From Eledone cirrhosa (Eukaryota), in NCBI GenBank assembly GCA_964016885.1, contig OZ024741.1:344534001-344598000 (forward strand): a stretch of 64,000 nt of DNA. Direction: 5' to 3'. Made by a program: the position numbers and the translations under genes. The notes below the pieces were generated by a model. The model saw only the letters and a list, made by a program, of their open reading frames with translations. It was not told where the DNA came from and ran no database searches. Shown here piece by piece: positions 25,694 through 38,924 of the stretch. Positions within the stretch are counted from its first letter, which is position 1; the number at the start of each line of letters is the position of its first letter.

Positions 25694-25859
25694 TATGTGT
25701 GTGTATATATGTATGTATATGTGTGTGTATGTATGTATATGTGTATGTATATGTGTATGTATGTATATGTGTGTATATATACACATATGTATATACAAGT
25801 ATGTGTATATATATGTGTGTGTGTGAGTGTATCTATATACCATACGTGTGTATGGTATT

Positions 25860-25895
<36 letters not shown>

Positions 25896-25920
25896 CATTT
25901 ATGTGTACGTATGTACAGCA
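25185..25920. repeat. (TA)n/(TG)n/(TATG)n compound microsatellite
   Basis: Seen directly. Confidence 0.95.
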
Positions 25921-26569
25921 GCTAATCAAACCACGCCAATAGAATTCCATTGCACAGTCAATCAATAACTGCACAGCTCTTGCACATGAGGTGATGGTGA
26001 TGTTGATGATAGTGATGATAGTGGTCTTGGTGTTAATGGTGGTGATTGTAATGATATTGATGTTAGTGGTGATGGTGTTAGTGATATCAATGGTGGTGAA
26101 TATGGTGGCAGAGGTGGGGTTTGTGGTGGATGTGGTGATGGTGGTGCTGGTGGTGGTAGTGGTGGTGATGATGTTGGTGGTGGTAGTGGATGTGATGGTA
26201 GTGGTGGTGATGATGTTGGTGGTTGTTGTGGTGGATATGGCGGCAGTAGTGGTGTTAATTGTGGTGGTGGTGGTGGTGGTGTTATATTGTGTCTTAGTGA
26301 ATTTGGCTGTAGATAATCTCAATCATCTTCACTAAAATTCGACCCAGCAACACCACAGTCATCACACCTCACCTTGCAGCCATACTACAACACTGACACC
26401 AACACCAACATCAACAATACTAACACCACCACCAATACTAGCACCACCACCACTACTACCATTAGTATCAGTATTACCAATCGTACTAACAACAACAACA
26501 CTGACACCTACACCAATACCCGCCATCAACAACAAAAAAATAACAATAGGACAACTGACACCTATACCA

Positions 26570-27250
26570 CCACCACCACCTTTAGTATCAGTACCACCAA
26601 TATCACTAACACCACCACCATCACCACCACCTTTAGTATCAGTACCACCAATATCACTAACACCACCACCACCACCTTTAGTATCAGTACCACCAATATC
26701 ACTAACACCACCACCACCACCACCACCTTTAGTATCAGTACCACCAATATCACTAACACCACCACCACTACCACCTTTAGTATCAGTACCACCAATATCA
26801 CTAACACCACCACCACCACCACCACCACCTTTAGTATCAGTACCACCAATATCACTAACACCACCACCACTACCACCTTTAGTATCAGTACCACCAATAT
26901 CACTAACACCACCACCACCACCACCACCACCACCTTTAGTATCAGTACCACCAATATCACTAACACCACCACCACCACTACCACCTTTAGTATCAGTACC
27001 ACCAATATCACTAACACCACCACCACCACCACCACCACCTTTAGTATCAGTACCACCAATATCACTAACACCACCACCACCACCACCACCTTTAGTATCA
27101 GTACCACCAATATTACTAACACCACCACCACCACCTTTAGTATCAGTACCACCAATATCACTAACAACAACACCTACAACAAAACCACAGACACCTATAC
27201 CACCACCATCACCAACACCATTAGTATCAGTACCACCAATATCACCAACA
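26570..27250. repeat. VNTR TTTAGTATCAGTACCACCAATATCACTAACA(CCA)n
   Basis: About 12-13 units of 45-57 bp, differing only in CCA copy number. Confidence 0.95.
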
Positions 27251-27879
27251 AGACCACAGACACCTATACCACCACCTCAACCACCAACAGCAACAAGACC
27301 ATGACACCTACACCAACACCTCCACCTATACCACCACCTCAACCACCAACACAACAAGACCATGACACCTACACCAACACCTCCACCTATACCACCACCT
27401 CAACCACCAACACAACAAGACCATGACACCTACACCAACACCTCCACCTATACCACCACCTCCACCACCAACACAACAACAAGACCATGACACAACAACA
27501 AGACCATGACACCTACACAAGACCATGACACCTACACCAACACCAACACCCCAATCAACACTAACATCACAACCACTAATATCAACTTCACCACCACCAC
27601 CTTCAATATCAACATCATCAATATCACTAACAATATGAACTATTATACAACACTGACTCTACACCAACAACCTCACCAGTACCACCACCTCTTTCATAGC
27701 ACTTCACCAATACCACCACCTCCTTCATTGCACTTCACTGCACCAATACCACCACCACCACCACCTTTCAGAGTACTTCACTGCACCCTTCCCACACATA
27801 CCTGCACCATTCCACCACCTCTGCTTGATTAATGGATGTTGAGAGGAGATTCTGGTTGATCAATCAGGTGTTTACTGTT

Positions 27880-28480
27880 TTTATGGTGGTGGTAGTGGTG
27901 GTGTCATTGATTCCAGGGGTAGCTGTGGTGGTTTCTGTGGTAGTGGTGGTAGTGGTAATTTCTGTGGTTGTTGTGATGGTGGTAGTGGTGGTAATTTCTG
28001 TGGTTGTTGTGATGGTAGTGGTGGTGGTTGTGGTAATTTCTGCGGTAGCTGTGTTGGTGGTTTCTGTGGTTATGTAGTGGTGATTTCTGTGGTAGCTGTG
28101 GTGGTGGTAGTGTCAGTGGTTCCTGAAGTAGCTGTGGTGGTTTCTGTGGTGTTGGTAGTGGTGTCCGTGGTTTCTGTGGTAGTTGTGGTGGTGGTGGAAA
28201 TTTCTGTGGTTGTGGTGGTGGTTTCTGTTGGTTGTGATATTGTATTGGGAGTGGTATTGATGGTAGTGTATGTTGTGGTGGTGTTGGTAGTGGTGTTATT
28301 GTTTGAGTCAGTTGAGGTTGTGGTGGTGGAAGTGTTGTTGGTAAAAGCCATGATAGAAATGGTTGTATATGTTATTGTTGTTAGTGTTGGGGTTATTGTT
28401 GGTGGTGGTGTTAATAGTAGTGTTATTGGTGTTGATATTAGTTGTAGTGTTGTTGGTAATGGTGGTGGAGTTGTTGATGG
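27880..28480. repeat. (GTG)n-rich low-complexity tract
   Basis: Seen directly. Confidence 0.9.
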
Positions 28481-28907
28481 CTGTAGATCCCATTATAAGC
28501 ATCCTAAGGTCTGGAAGTTTTGATAAATCGGGTGACAAATTAACCTTTTTAATCCAACCTGCCTGAAACCACCTCTTGCTTGTTGATACAATCCCGTTTA
28601 TTTTAAAGTGTTTATATTCATCTAAAAACCTTCCATCATATTTTTATGTAAGAACCTTAAAGTTATGTTCCATACCCCTTCTTAATAATGGTTTTTACTT
28701 TAGGCACATGACCAAGAATTAAACCCAGAAGGATGAAAAGCAAAGTTGTCCGTGGTGGGGTTAACTAAATGCTATAAAGCATTTTGTCCAATACTCTAAT
28801 GATCCTGCCAATCTACTTGCTGAATAATGAGGAAGTTAGTTATACTAAATCCCTCTGTAATGATTTGAACATCTTTAACAGTGTCTTTCATTAGGAATAT
28901 GGTAATG

Positions 28908-29240
28908 AAGGCACATGGCTTAGTGGTTAGAGCATTGGGCTTGCAATTGAGAGGTTGTGAGTTTGATTCTCGGACCGGATGATGCATTGTCCTTGAGCAA
29001 GACACTTTATTTCACGTTGCTCCAGTTTACTCAGCAGTTGAAATGAGTTGCGACAGCACTGGTGCCAAGCTGTATCGGCCATAGCCTTTCCCTTGGACAA
29101 CATCGGTGGCGTGGAGCGGGGAGACTGGTATGCATGGGCAATTACTGGTCCTCCACAAAACAAACTTTGCCCCGGCTTGTGCCTCAGAGGGAAACTTTCT
29201 AGGAGCAAAACCATGGTCATTCGTGACCGAGTGGGGCCTG
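28908..29240 (+). mobile_element. tRNA-derived SINE, family B
   Basis: A box TGGCTTAGTGG, B box GTTTGATTC, CORE-like TCCTTGAGCAAGACACTT; heads also at 19130-19260(-), 43720-43800(-) and 44170-44285(-). Confidence 0.75.
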
Positions 29241-29291
29241 AAATAGAATGAAAGAATTCATCATTCCAGAAGGCCACGACAGAAGTTAAAA

Positions 29292-29481
29292 TAATAATTG
29301 TTTCTACTTTTGGCACAAGACCAGCAATTACCCAGTACATTACTGGTACTTTATTTTATCGACCCCTTAAAGATGAAAGGCAAAGTTAACCTTGGCGGAT
29401 TTGAACTCAGACCGTAAAGGGACGTAACTATGCTGGAAAGCATGGCGTCCGACGCTCTACCAATACTGCCAATCCACTGCC
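29292..29481 (-). mobile_element. SINE family A
   Basis: Full-length match to 712-903. Confidence 0.8.
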
Positions 29482-29596
29482 ACATATAATAATAATAATA
29501 ATGAAATTATTGTGTACAGTGCTCAGTACAAAGTTGAAATCAAAAAACAAACACTGCAAAGTATATCTACCTGTGCTTTAACGATTTTGCTAATTA

Positions 29597-29627
<31 letters not shown>

Positions 29628-30206
29628 AGATTAATGCTTTTTTTATATTCATTCCCAAAATGATGGGAGATAGCATTGACCTTGGCTCCATTTGAACTCA
29701 TGATGCAAGGAGCCACAATAGATATCAGGAAACAAATAATCTGATGCTCTATCACAGGTATGGACAAACCTTTATGAGCAGTGGCTCACATTGGATGAGG
29801 TTTATGATAAGGTGGGCTGCACTATTTAGAAATTCAAGTCGATTGTGAAATTAGTTGTGCCAATCAGAAAGCGAAACGGGCTGCAATTTTCTCACCAGTG
29901 CCCTAACACTGATTATTTGCCATCATGTCTAGTGTCTTAAATGAAGATGAACTCATTAAACAAAGCAATTCATGATATACAAATTAACCAGATGATCACA
30001 GCTGGAACATCTTTGGTCAAGGCCTTTACTTTTACCTAGAGCAAAACAACAACAGCAACTAAGCATGCACATATATATGTATGTGTGTGTATATGTATGT
30101 ATATGTGTGTATATGTGTGTATATATATATGTGTGTATATATATATATGTATATATATATATATGTATGTATGTATATATATATATATATATATATACAT
30201 GTACAT

Positions 30207-30812
30207 GTCAGGTCACCACTTGGTGCTACTGGTAACATGTATTCCAGTACAACCTGTACCATGGTCGGGTCGTTGGCGACTAAACTGGCAACCCCACCAA
30301 GGTTTCTTGGTGAGGAGGGTGACTTTGGACATCCTGCAGGACTAAAAACAAAACCTGTCAAAGGGCAAATGAGCTCTTAAGAGTCAATGGCCATCCAAAA
30401 TCACCGGGAGAGATGACCCCTTAGCCTTTGTCAAGGCAGAATTCTAGGAGAAGGAAAACTCTGATATAACACCTGCAACTCTGATGGTATCCAATGATGT
30501 TGACTTGTTTTTCTTTTTGGTAAATATCATCTTGGTTAAGAGAGTGGGACTGGCTTTGTGCAGTGCCTTTGCTCACTATAAAAGCTTCACGGCACAGGCA
30601 TTGCTTTATATCTGGAGATCTCTCTGCACTTGTCATCACATGGTACCAAAGGCAAAGCACTATGTGTCAATAATTGTCACAAGTGTAGTGTTTGTACCAG
30701 AGTTTTCAAGTCGCTGGCTGGACTAAAGTCACATTCGTTCAGCGCATCGGTAGGAGTTCTCCAACATGGATATAAAGTAGTGGCCATACTCGAAAACGAG
30801 TTGGCAGCCACC
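30207..30812 (+). mobile_element. Non-autonomous internally deleted RTE-like element, copy 1
   Basis: CTAGGAGAAGGAAAACTCTGA (RTE 5'UTR-like) plus a C-terminal zinc-finger remnant [17 protein letters not shown] and a 3' hairpin CTCGAAAACGAG; microsatellite tail. Confidence 0.6.
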
Positions 30813-30854
30813 ATGTATGTATATATATATATGTATATATATATATGTATGTAT

Positions 30855-30892
<38 letters not shown>

Positions 30893-30930
30893 GTATGTAT
30901 ATGTATATATAAATGTATACATATGTATGT

Positions 30931-31538
30931 GTCAGGTCACCAGTTGGTGCTACTGGTAACATGTATCCCAGTACAACCTGTCTCATGGTCGGGACGTTGG
31001 CGACTAAACTGGCAACCCCACCAAGGTTTCTTGGTGAGGAGGGTGACTTTGGACATCCCGCAGGACTAAAAACAAAACCTGTCAAAGGGCAAAGGAGCTC
31101 TTAAGAGTCAATGGCCATCCAAAATCACCGGGAGAGATGACCCCTTAGCCTTTGTCAAGGCAGAATTCTAGGAGAAGGAAAACTCTGATATAACACCTGC
31201 AACCCTGATGGTATCCAATGATGTTGACTTGTTCTTCTTTTTGGTAAATATCATCTTGGTTAAGAGAGTGGGACTGGCTTTGTGCAGTGCCTTTGCTCAC
31301 TATAAAAGCTTCACGGCACAGGCATTGCTTTATATCTGGAGATCTCTCTGCACTTGTCCTCACATGGTACCATGGGCCCAGCACTATGTGTCAATAATTG
31401 TCACAAGTGTAGTGTTTGTACCAGAGTTTTCAATACGCTGGCTGGACTAAAAAGTCACTACTCGTTCAGCGCATCGGTAGGCGTTCTCCTACATGGATAT
31501 AAAGTAGTGGCCGTACTCGAAAACGAGTTGGCAGCCAC
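30931..31538 (+). mobile_element. Non-autonomous internally deleted RTE-like element, copy 2
   Basis: Highly similar tandem copy of 30207-30812. Confidence 0.6.
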
Positions 31539-31573
<35 letters not shown>

Positions 31574-31578
31574 GTATG

Positions 31579-31609
<31 letters not shown>

Positions 31610-31741
31610 ATATATATATATGTATGTATATATATATATGTATATATATATATATGTATATATATATATGTATGTATATATATATATGTATGTATATATA
31701 TATGTATATATAATGTATGTGTATATATATATATGTGTGTA

Positions 31742-31786
<45 letters not shown>

Positions 31787-32416
31787 GTATACTCATAGAA
31801 ACACGCTAAATATAAGAATTTCTCCAGGGAATTTGCATCTTTTGTTATTTCAGCCATGTGATCTTCAAAAGCTGTCTCTCCAGACACTTCCTTAAGAAAT
31901 TTCGAGTTTCCAATATGTCTACCTGGAAACTGATATATCACACATGTACACACACACATGCATACATACCTACATATATAGATCTGTGTGCGCACGTGTG
32001 AGTGTGTGTAGATGTATCTAGATATGTATATATATATTTATATATATGTATGTATATGTATATATAAATATATATATATGTATGTATATGTATATATAAA
32101 TATATACATATGTATGTATATATGTATATATAAATATATACATATGTATATATGTATATTTATATATGTATATGTATGAATATATGTATGTATATATGTA
32201 TGAAAATATGTTTGTATATGAGTATGTATGTATATATATATACATACATACTCATATGTGTACACATATATATATACATACTCATATATATACATGTATA
32301 TATATATACATATATATATATATATACATGCATACATATATATGTATATGTATGTATGTATGTATGTGTATATGTGTATATGTATGTATATGTATTTATG
32401 TATATGTATGTGCGTG

Positions 32417-32449
<33 letters not shown>

Positions 32450-32865
32450 TGACATTTATATATTCACTTATTCACACATCCAAATACACTAACAATACAC
32501 TAACATCCAAATACACTAACACATATTCATTCATCTCTGATAAGCAGCAATATGAAGACTAGCATCACATATATACACAGATACATACATATATTGATAC
32601 CAATACATTCATAAACCTATTCACAGCCATACTTTTCATGAGGCAGAGCTGTTAGAATATCAAATAAATGCTCTGCAGTATTTGTTCCATCTCTTTATAT
32701 TCTATGTTCTGAGTTCAAATCCCACCAAGGTGAACTTTGCCTTTCATCCTTGGTCAATAAAATGAAATACTGGTTAACTACTGGGGTTGATTTAATAAAA
32801 GTTCTCTTTCCCCCAAATTACTGGCCTTATGCCAATGTTAGAAAGAATTTTTCATCATTATCATC

Positions 32866-33053
32866 GGCGGATTGGCAATATCGATAGAGGTTTGGACGCC
32901 ATGCTTTGCAGCATAGAGTTACGTCTTTTTACGTTCTGAGTTCAAATCCCACAGAGGTTCACTTTGCCTTTCATCCCTATGGGGTCGACAAAATAAAGAA
33001 CCAGTTTTGCATTGGCATAATTGCTGGCCTTGTGCCAAAAGTAGAAACAATTA
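32866..33053 (+). mobile_element. SINE family A
   Basis: A and B boxes plus central domain; a more decayed copy precedes it at 32641-32848. Confidence 0.75.
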
Positions 33054-33513
33054 TCATCATTATTTAACACAGGCTGTATCCAGTTCCAGAATTCTCTCAC
33101 CTCCTTCTGTTCAAACCGGCTATCATCAGCCGCTCATACTGATGTTAAGGTATTGTTGTCAAAATAAATATCAAAATCTCATAGATTTGATATTATGTGA
33201 GATAATTATGAGAGGTAAAGCCTATACCATGAAAATATAATAGTAAATATAGAGTAAAATATAATTGTTTCTACTTTTTGGCACAAGGCCAGCAATTACC
33301 CAGTGCGTTACTGGTACTTTATTTTATCGACTCCGTAAGGATGAAAGGCAGTAATGCAAATGCTAAAGGGCTAATTTTCTGTTTTCCATGCTGTGTTGCA
33401 TGGTTTATTACAAATCAAGTAAGTACTTGACTGGTATTACTCCTCTCCAAGCCAACTAGTGGTAAGGTGCTACATTTTGCTTACATACATTTCAGTTTTT
33501 GCATGGTTTACTT

Positions 33514-33611
33514 TAGAGGTTCTCAAAGTGGGTGCTACCGCCCTCTCCCCACCTTGAAGCATTGAGAAGGTCCAGGGGGCGCTGGGGCCCATAAAAGTTT
33601 GAGAACCTCTG
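33514..33611. mobile_element. Short hAT MITE
   Basis: TIRs AGAGGTTCTCAAA / TTTGAGAACCTCTG; 8-bp TSD GTTTACTT / GTTTACTA. Confidence 0.75.
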
Positions 33612-33756
33612 GTTTACTATGTCTGGATACCTTTTCTATTGTCAACAACTTTACATAGTGTACTGGGTGTGTGTTTTGTGACACCAGCACCAGTGACGTT
33701 CTAATCTCACTGACTTGACTAAAAAGTCCTCCTAAGCCTTTTGGGCATAGTTTTTA

Positions 33757-34970
33757 TAATAATAATAATAATAATAATGAAATTATTGTGTACAGTGCTC
33801 AGGTGCACTACAACTCATCAAAGGTGCATGTATAGTACATAGAATAATGTACAAATGTCAGGAAAATAAACAGTGTATGAGTCATGATATAATAACAATA
33901 ACGAAATATTGTGCACAGTGCCCAGGTGCACCACAACTCATCAAAAAAGTGCATGTACAGTACATAGGGCAATGCACAAACATCAGTAAAATGAACAGTG
34001 CACGAGTCATGATACACACATGTGTGCATGTGTATGGAAGGGGTACATCAGGTGTAGTTTTGGCGTATTTTGGGAAGCATGAGTGTCTTAAAGGATGCAG
34101 TGTCTCGGCAGCTAACAATTGACGCAGGCAGTTTGTTCCATGCTTCAGCAACTCTGAGCGTGAAAAAATGTCTGCGAAAGTCATGGGAGCTGTGCTGTTT
34201 TCTTATCTTGTAGGCATGTCCACGTGTGTTAGACACATGGAGATCAAAGAGGCGCTCAGGGTTGCAGTTGGCGAGATGGTTAAAAACTTTGTGGGTATTC
34301 ACCAAGTCCATTGCCAGACGTCGGAGCTTCAATGAATCCATGCCCAGGGAAGCAAGGCATTCAGAGTATGGTAGGTGTCTGATGGAGGGTATGCGCTTGG
34401 TTGCACGTCTCTGAACAGTTTCCAGGAGGTCAATGTTCCGAGCAAGATAGGGGTTCCAGACTGATGATGCGAATTCCAAGTGTGGTCGCACCATAGCTGT
34501 ATACAGTTTTAAATAGATGGCTGGAGAGCGGCTAACAAAGGTCTTGCTGAGTGATGCCAAGACACCCTCGGCCTTCTTGACAATCTTAGAGACATACTTT
34601 GTCCAACGCAAATCGTTGCTGACAGTAATGCCCAGGTCACGTTCACAAGAGGACTTTTTGATGTCAGTGTTGTGGAGGGAGTATGTGGACGCTGGATTTT
34701 TCCTTCCAAAATGCATGGTGGTACACTTGTCCACAGCCAGCTTCAGTTGCCAGTCTGTGATCCATTGCTGCATTGTGTCCAGGTCTGATTGTAGGAAAGA
34801 GTTGTAAATTTCAGGATCAGTCCTTTTGATTTCAAGGTACAGCTTGATGTCATCTGCATATTTTAGTACCGTGGCATTCTGTAAGTTGGCATCTATGTCA
34901 TTAATATATGCCACAAACAAAAGAGGACCAAGAACAGATCCCTGTGGTACACCAGATGACATCTCATATG
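33757..34970 (-). mobile_element. 5'-truncated CR1-type LINE (RT C-half, 3'UTR, (ATT)n tail)
   Basis: SGVPQGSVLGPLLF, YADD, ERDLG, VRPHLE and LETVQRRATK in an open ~305-aa frame (34048-34970). Confidence 0.9.
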
Positions 34971-35273
34971 GCTGGATATACTTCCTAATGCCAAACACCT
35001 TACTGAGTGTACTGGGTGCATTTTACCATTGCACTAACATTACCTCATTACAAAGTTTACTGGCCGCATTTTTTTTGTGGCACCAGCACTAGAGAAGTTA
35101 TATATATTATATGAAAGCATATACAGTATGTTTGTATGTTAGTGCCACTTCTTTGTGTGTATATATATATATGTAAACGGCAAACACAAATAACAAATAG
35201 CGCAATAAAGAAATTTATTATTAGTTTTACGCTTGATATAGTAGAAAAGGAGTTTTAGCATTTTAGACACTAT

Positions 35274-35348
<75 letters not shown>

Positions 35349-35520
35349 AAACAGGGGCTGTGTGGTTGCTGGATGAAGTGTATTTACAAATAAGAGGAAA
35401 GCACAAACGGGGGATAATCTCCCTTCATCAGTTGCCTGCTTGAGTTCACCCACACATATATATATATATATATTAAAAGGAGCTGAACGAAGTACCACTA
35501 TAGCATTATTATGTTAATTC

Positions 35521-35612
35521 ATATGTGACGAGCATTTTGCGATCGATCAGCTCAAGATACAATCAGTATTGATCATACCCGCCTCTGGAATTGATAACTC
35601 ATCAAACTTCTA
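35521..35612 (-). ncRNA. Degenerate hammerhead-like motif, long-stem-II family
   Basis: Minus strand AAGT-TTGATGA-...-AAAA-TGCTCG-TC-ACAT; two core substitutions. Confidence 0.4.
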
Positions 35613-35661
35613 GATTCTTGAACTGATTGATCACAAAACAAGTGTTACATATGAATAAACA

Positions 35662-35845
35662 TAATAATTGTTTTTACTTTAGGCACAAGACCAACTATTA
35701 CCCAGTGCATTACTGGTACTTTATTTTATCAATCTCATAAGGATGAAAGGCAAAGCTAGGCTCAGCAGGATTTGAACTCAGAACGCAAAGGGCCATAACT
35801 CTATGCTGCAAAGCATGGCATCTGACCCTCTACCGATACTGCCAA
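35662..35845 (-). mobile_element. SINE family A
   Basis: Match to 712-903 with CpG-type substitutions. Confidence 0.75.
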
Positions 35846-36837
35846 TAATGATACAATTATGTCATGGCGCATGGGAAAGTTGAACCTTGCTGACATTTTA
35901 GGCAGATGCTAATGTTGGAAGTGATGCCTACCATAGTCAAATGGCTCAATCTACATATATCACAAATTAGTAGTTTAGCGGAATCCTTATCTGTTTGTAA
36001 AGGGCCATAACTCTATGCTGCAAAGCATAGTGTCTGACGTTCTACTGATACTGCCAATCCACTGACATAAACAATAATAATGCTATATTGATACTTCGTT
36101 CCTGCTCCTTGTTATTAATATTATCAAGACTCTGCTTCTTAAAGATACCAACTACAATGTAATACCAAATGTAGAACACTACATTGGCAACCAGACCCAC
36201 ACTGGCATTGAGTGCTCAAATGGTGAACCAATGGTACCTAAATGTTACACAGCAATAAACTATATATATATATACATATATGGTATGGTATGGTCCCATA
36301 ACTTCTGGTAGTCGTAAGTTTGGCAGAGCCCATCCCTCTCCAGGACTGAGTACTGCAGATTTCTTCTAGAGAGAAGAAGAATCGACACTAGTACTAGACT
36401 GGTACTTTCTTTATCGACCTTGAAAGGATGAAAGGCAAATATGACCTCGATGGGATTTGAACTCAGAGAGCCGGAATGAATACCATAAAACCTTCTATCT
36501 GACATTCTAATGATTCTGCCAATTCCCCGCATATATATATATCATCATCATCATCATCATCATCATTTTACGTCCGCTTTTCCCTGCTTGCAAGGGTTGG
36601 ATGGGTCCTATTCAGCACAGCATCTCTCCACTTGTCACAATAGATTAGAAGCACTCGACTGCCACTACAGGAATTGATGAATCAAGTACCTTAGCAGTAT
36701 GTTGCATATCCAATCTCTTATATATTTTATCTGATGAAAACGTACTGAAACACCATTGTACCTTTGAAATATGTATAATAAAATATATACTTTGGTTATA
36801 TTTCTCATTTATTAATATTTTGAATAATATTATATAT

Positions 36838-37155
36838 ATCATCATCATCATCGTTTAACGTCTATCTTCCACGCTAGCATGGGTTTAGACGGGAATTGTT
36901 GTCTTGCTCGTATAGGACTGTCTGGCAGGTTTTCTACGCCCGGATGCCCTTCCTAACACCAACCACGTTTACAGTGTGGACTGGGAGCTTTTTACCGTGT
37001 TACCTACACGACCACATTACAGCGTGGACTGTGTGTCATTTATTTAGGACTGGATGTTGTGGTACCAACATAACTTTACAGAGAAAGGGGTGGTGTTGAT
37101 GGGGGTGGGGTAGTGGGGGTAGTGGGAGGGGGTGTATATTTGATTAAGAGGTGCC
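36838..37155 (-). mobile_element. RTE LINE 3'-UTR fragment
   Basis: Reverse complement of the 20880-21260 3'UTR, with a (CAT)n tail. Confidence 0.8.
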
Positions 37156-38015
37156 TATATATATATATATATACATGTATATATAATCATCGGTTTCATG
37201 TTAGTATTGGCATGGGTTGTATGGAACTTTTTGAAGTAATGTTTTACAGCTGGATGCCCTTTGTGACATCAACCCTCTCATTTGCTTTTTATGTGTACCT
37301 GTCCAAAACTGAATAGATACAGGCAAGGAAAGATGGATATAAAATGTTGATGATAGTGATTTTATATATATATATATATATTTGTGTCTGTGTGTATGTA
37401 TGTTTGTATGTATATATATATTCGTACATACAAAGACATATACATTATGTATATGTGTGTAGGAATACATATATAATTTATATATATATATATATACATT
37501 ATTCATAAACACTCACTCACACACTATACACACACACATATATATATGTGTGTGTATATATATATATATATATATACATACATACAGAGAGAGAGAGAAT
37601 TATATGTATTTTATTGTATTTTTAAATGTCTCTGCTGTGCAAGTGCAGTTGCTGCATGACACTTGACTGCACCTATATTGCACTTTGTCTTGCTAGAGAT
37701 CTGTCATTGTAGCTTCACTTCACCTACCTTCATCTACTTATTCAATGAGAAGAACAGGGACATTTGCTTTTGGATCAATGATTCGGTTTAATATGAAAAA
37801 ATGCTGGAATGGAGAGAGTGAAAGAGAGGAGGAGAGAAAGAGAGAGAGTGAGTGAGTGCGAGAGAGAGAGGGGGAAAGATAGTGTGTTATCTGTTTGTCT
37901 ATCTCCCTCTTTCTCTTTCTCTATCTCTCCACCTCTCTATATCATTTAACAGCTATCTATATACCTATCAATCTATGTATCTGTCTGTCTAATATATTTG
38001 ATTTTTATTTAGTGC

Positions 38016-38117
38016 ATATATATATATAATAAATCCAAAAGTTTAGAAAGAATTTAAAACATTTTTATTAATGTACGCATGTTGCAACAAAATAAATGTA
38101 TATAAATGTATATATAC

Positions 38118-38148
<31 letters not shown>

Positions 38149-38542
38149 AATGTAATTTGAGTTTTGCGAATATTAATAATAACATTCGATTCGTTTGCAA
38201 TTATGCAAACAAGCCTCAATTTTACAGCCATGTCAATAGAATGAACCCTTCATTCTTGCTCTTGTGTTGGCATTTGAAGTTCTATTCACTGGGTTCATTC
38301 TACTGGGTTCATTCTATTGACATGGCTGTAAAATTGAGGCTTGTTTGCATAATTGCAAACGAATCGAATGTTATTATTAATATTCAAAAAACTCAAATTA
38401 CATTTATATATATATATATATATACACACATATGTATATATACATTTATATACATTTATTTTGCTGAAACATGCGTACATTAATAAAAATGTTTTAAATT
38501 CTTTCTAAACTTTTGGATTTATTATATATATATATATATATA
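38016..38542. repeat. Near-perfect foldback inverted repeat
   Basis: ~230-bp arms (38016-38248, 38305-38542), ~56-bp spacer, TA runs at both ends. Confidence 0.9.
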
Positions 38543-38924
38543 CAAAACTCAGATTACTTTTATTGTATTCTGCCATGTAGAGCGAACATTTTTTTTTTTA
38601 TATATATATATATATGAAAAAAATCAGGGCCCCGATGGCTGAGCTCTGCCCGTTTCGACAGCTAGATCCGGATCTAGCTGTTGAAACGACTGGAGCTGAT
38701 TCTTTTCATATTACCCACTCAACAAACCCAAGTGTTGAATACTCTGGTGGATTATGGTCCACCTGGTATCTTACCACACCCTCTCTGATATATATATTTT
38801 TTTTTTATGTCAAATCGTGTGTTTTGTATAGGTATTGTTATATTTGGGGATGGTCATATGTCCAAAATTGCCAATTAAAACACAAGCACTATTGGGTTTT
38901 CACTTCAGTTTTACTATTAGTTAT

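Noticed and set aside
26374-27426. Thr-rich mucin-like 350-aa ORF
   Set aside because: VNTR with a TTG start, no signal peptide and no splice support.
31489-32562. YI/CV-rich ORFs
   Set aside because: Translations of (TA)n/(TG)n microsatellites.
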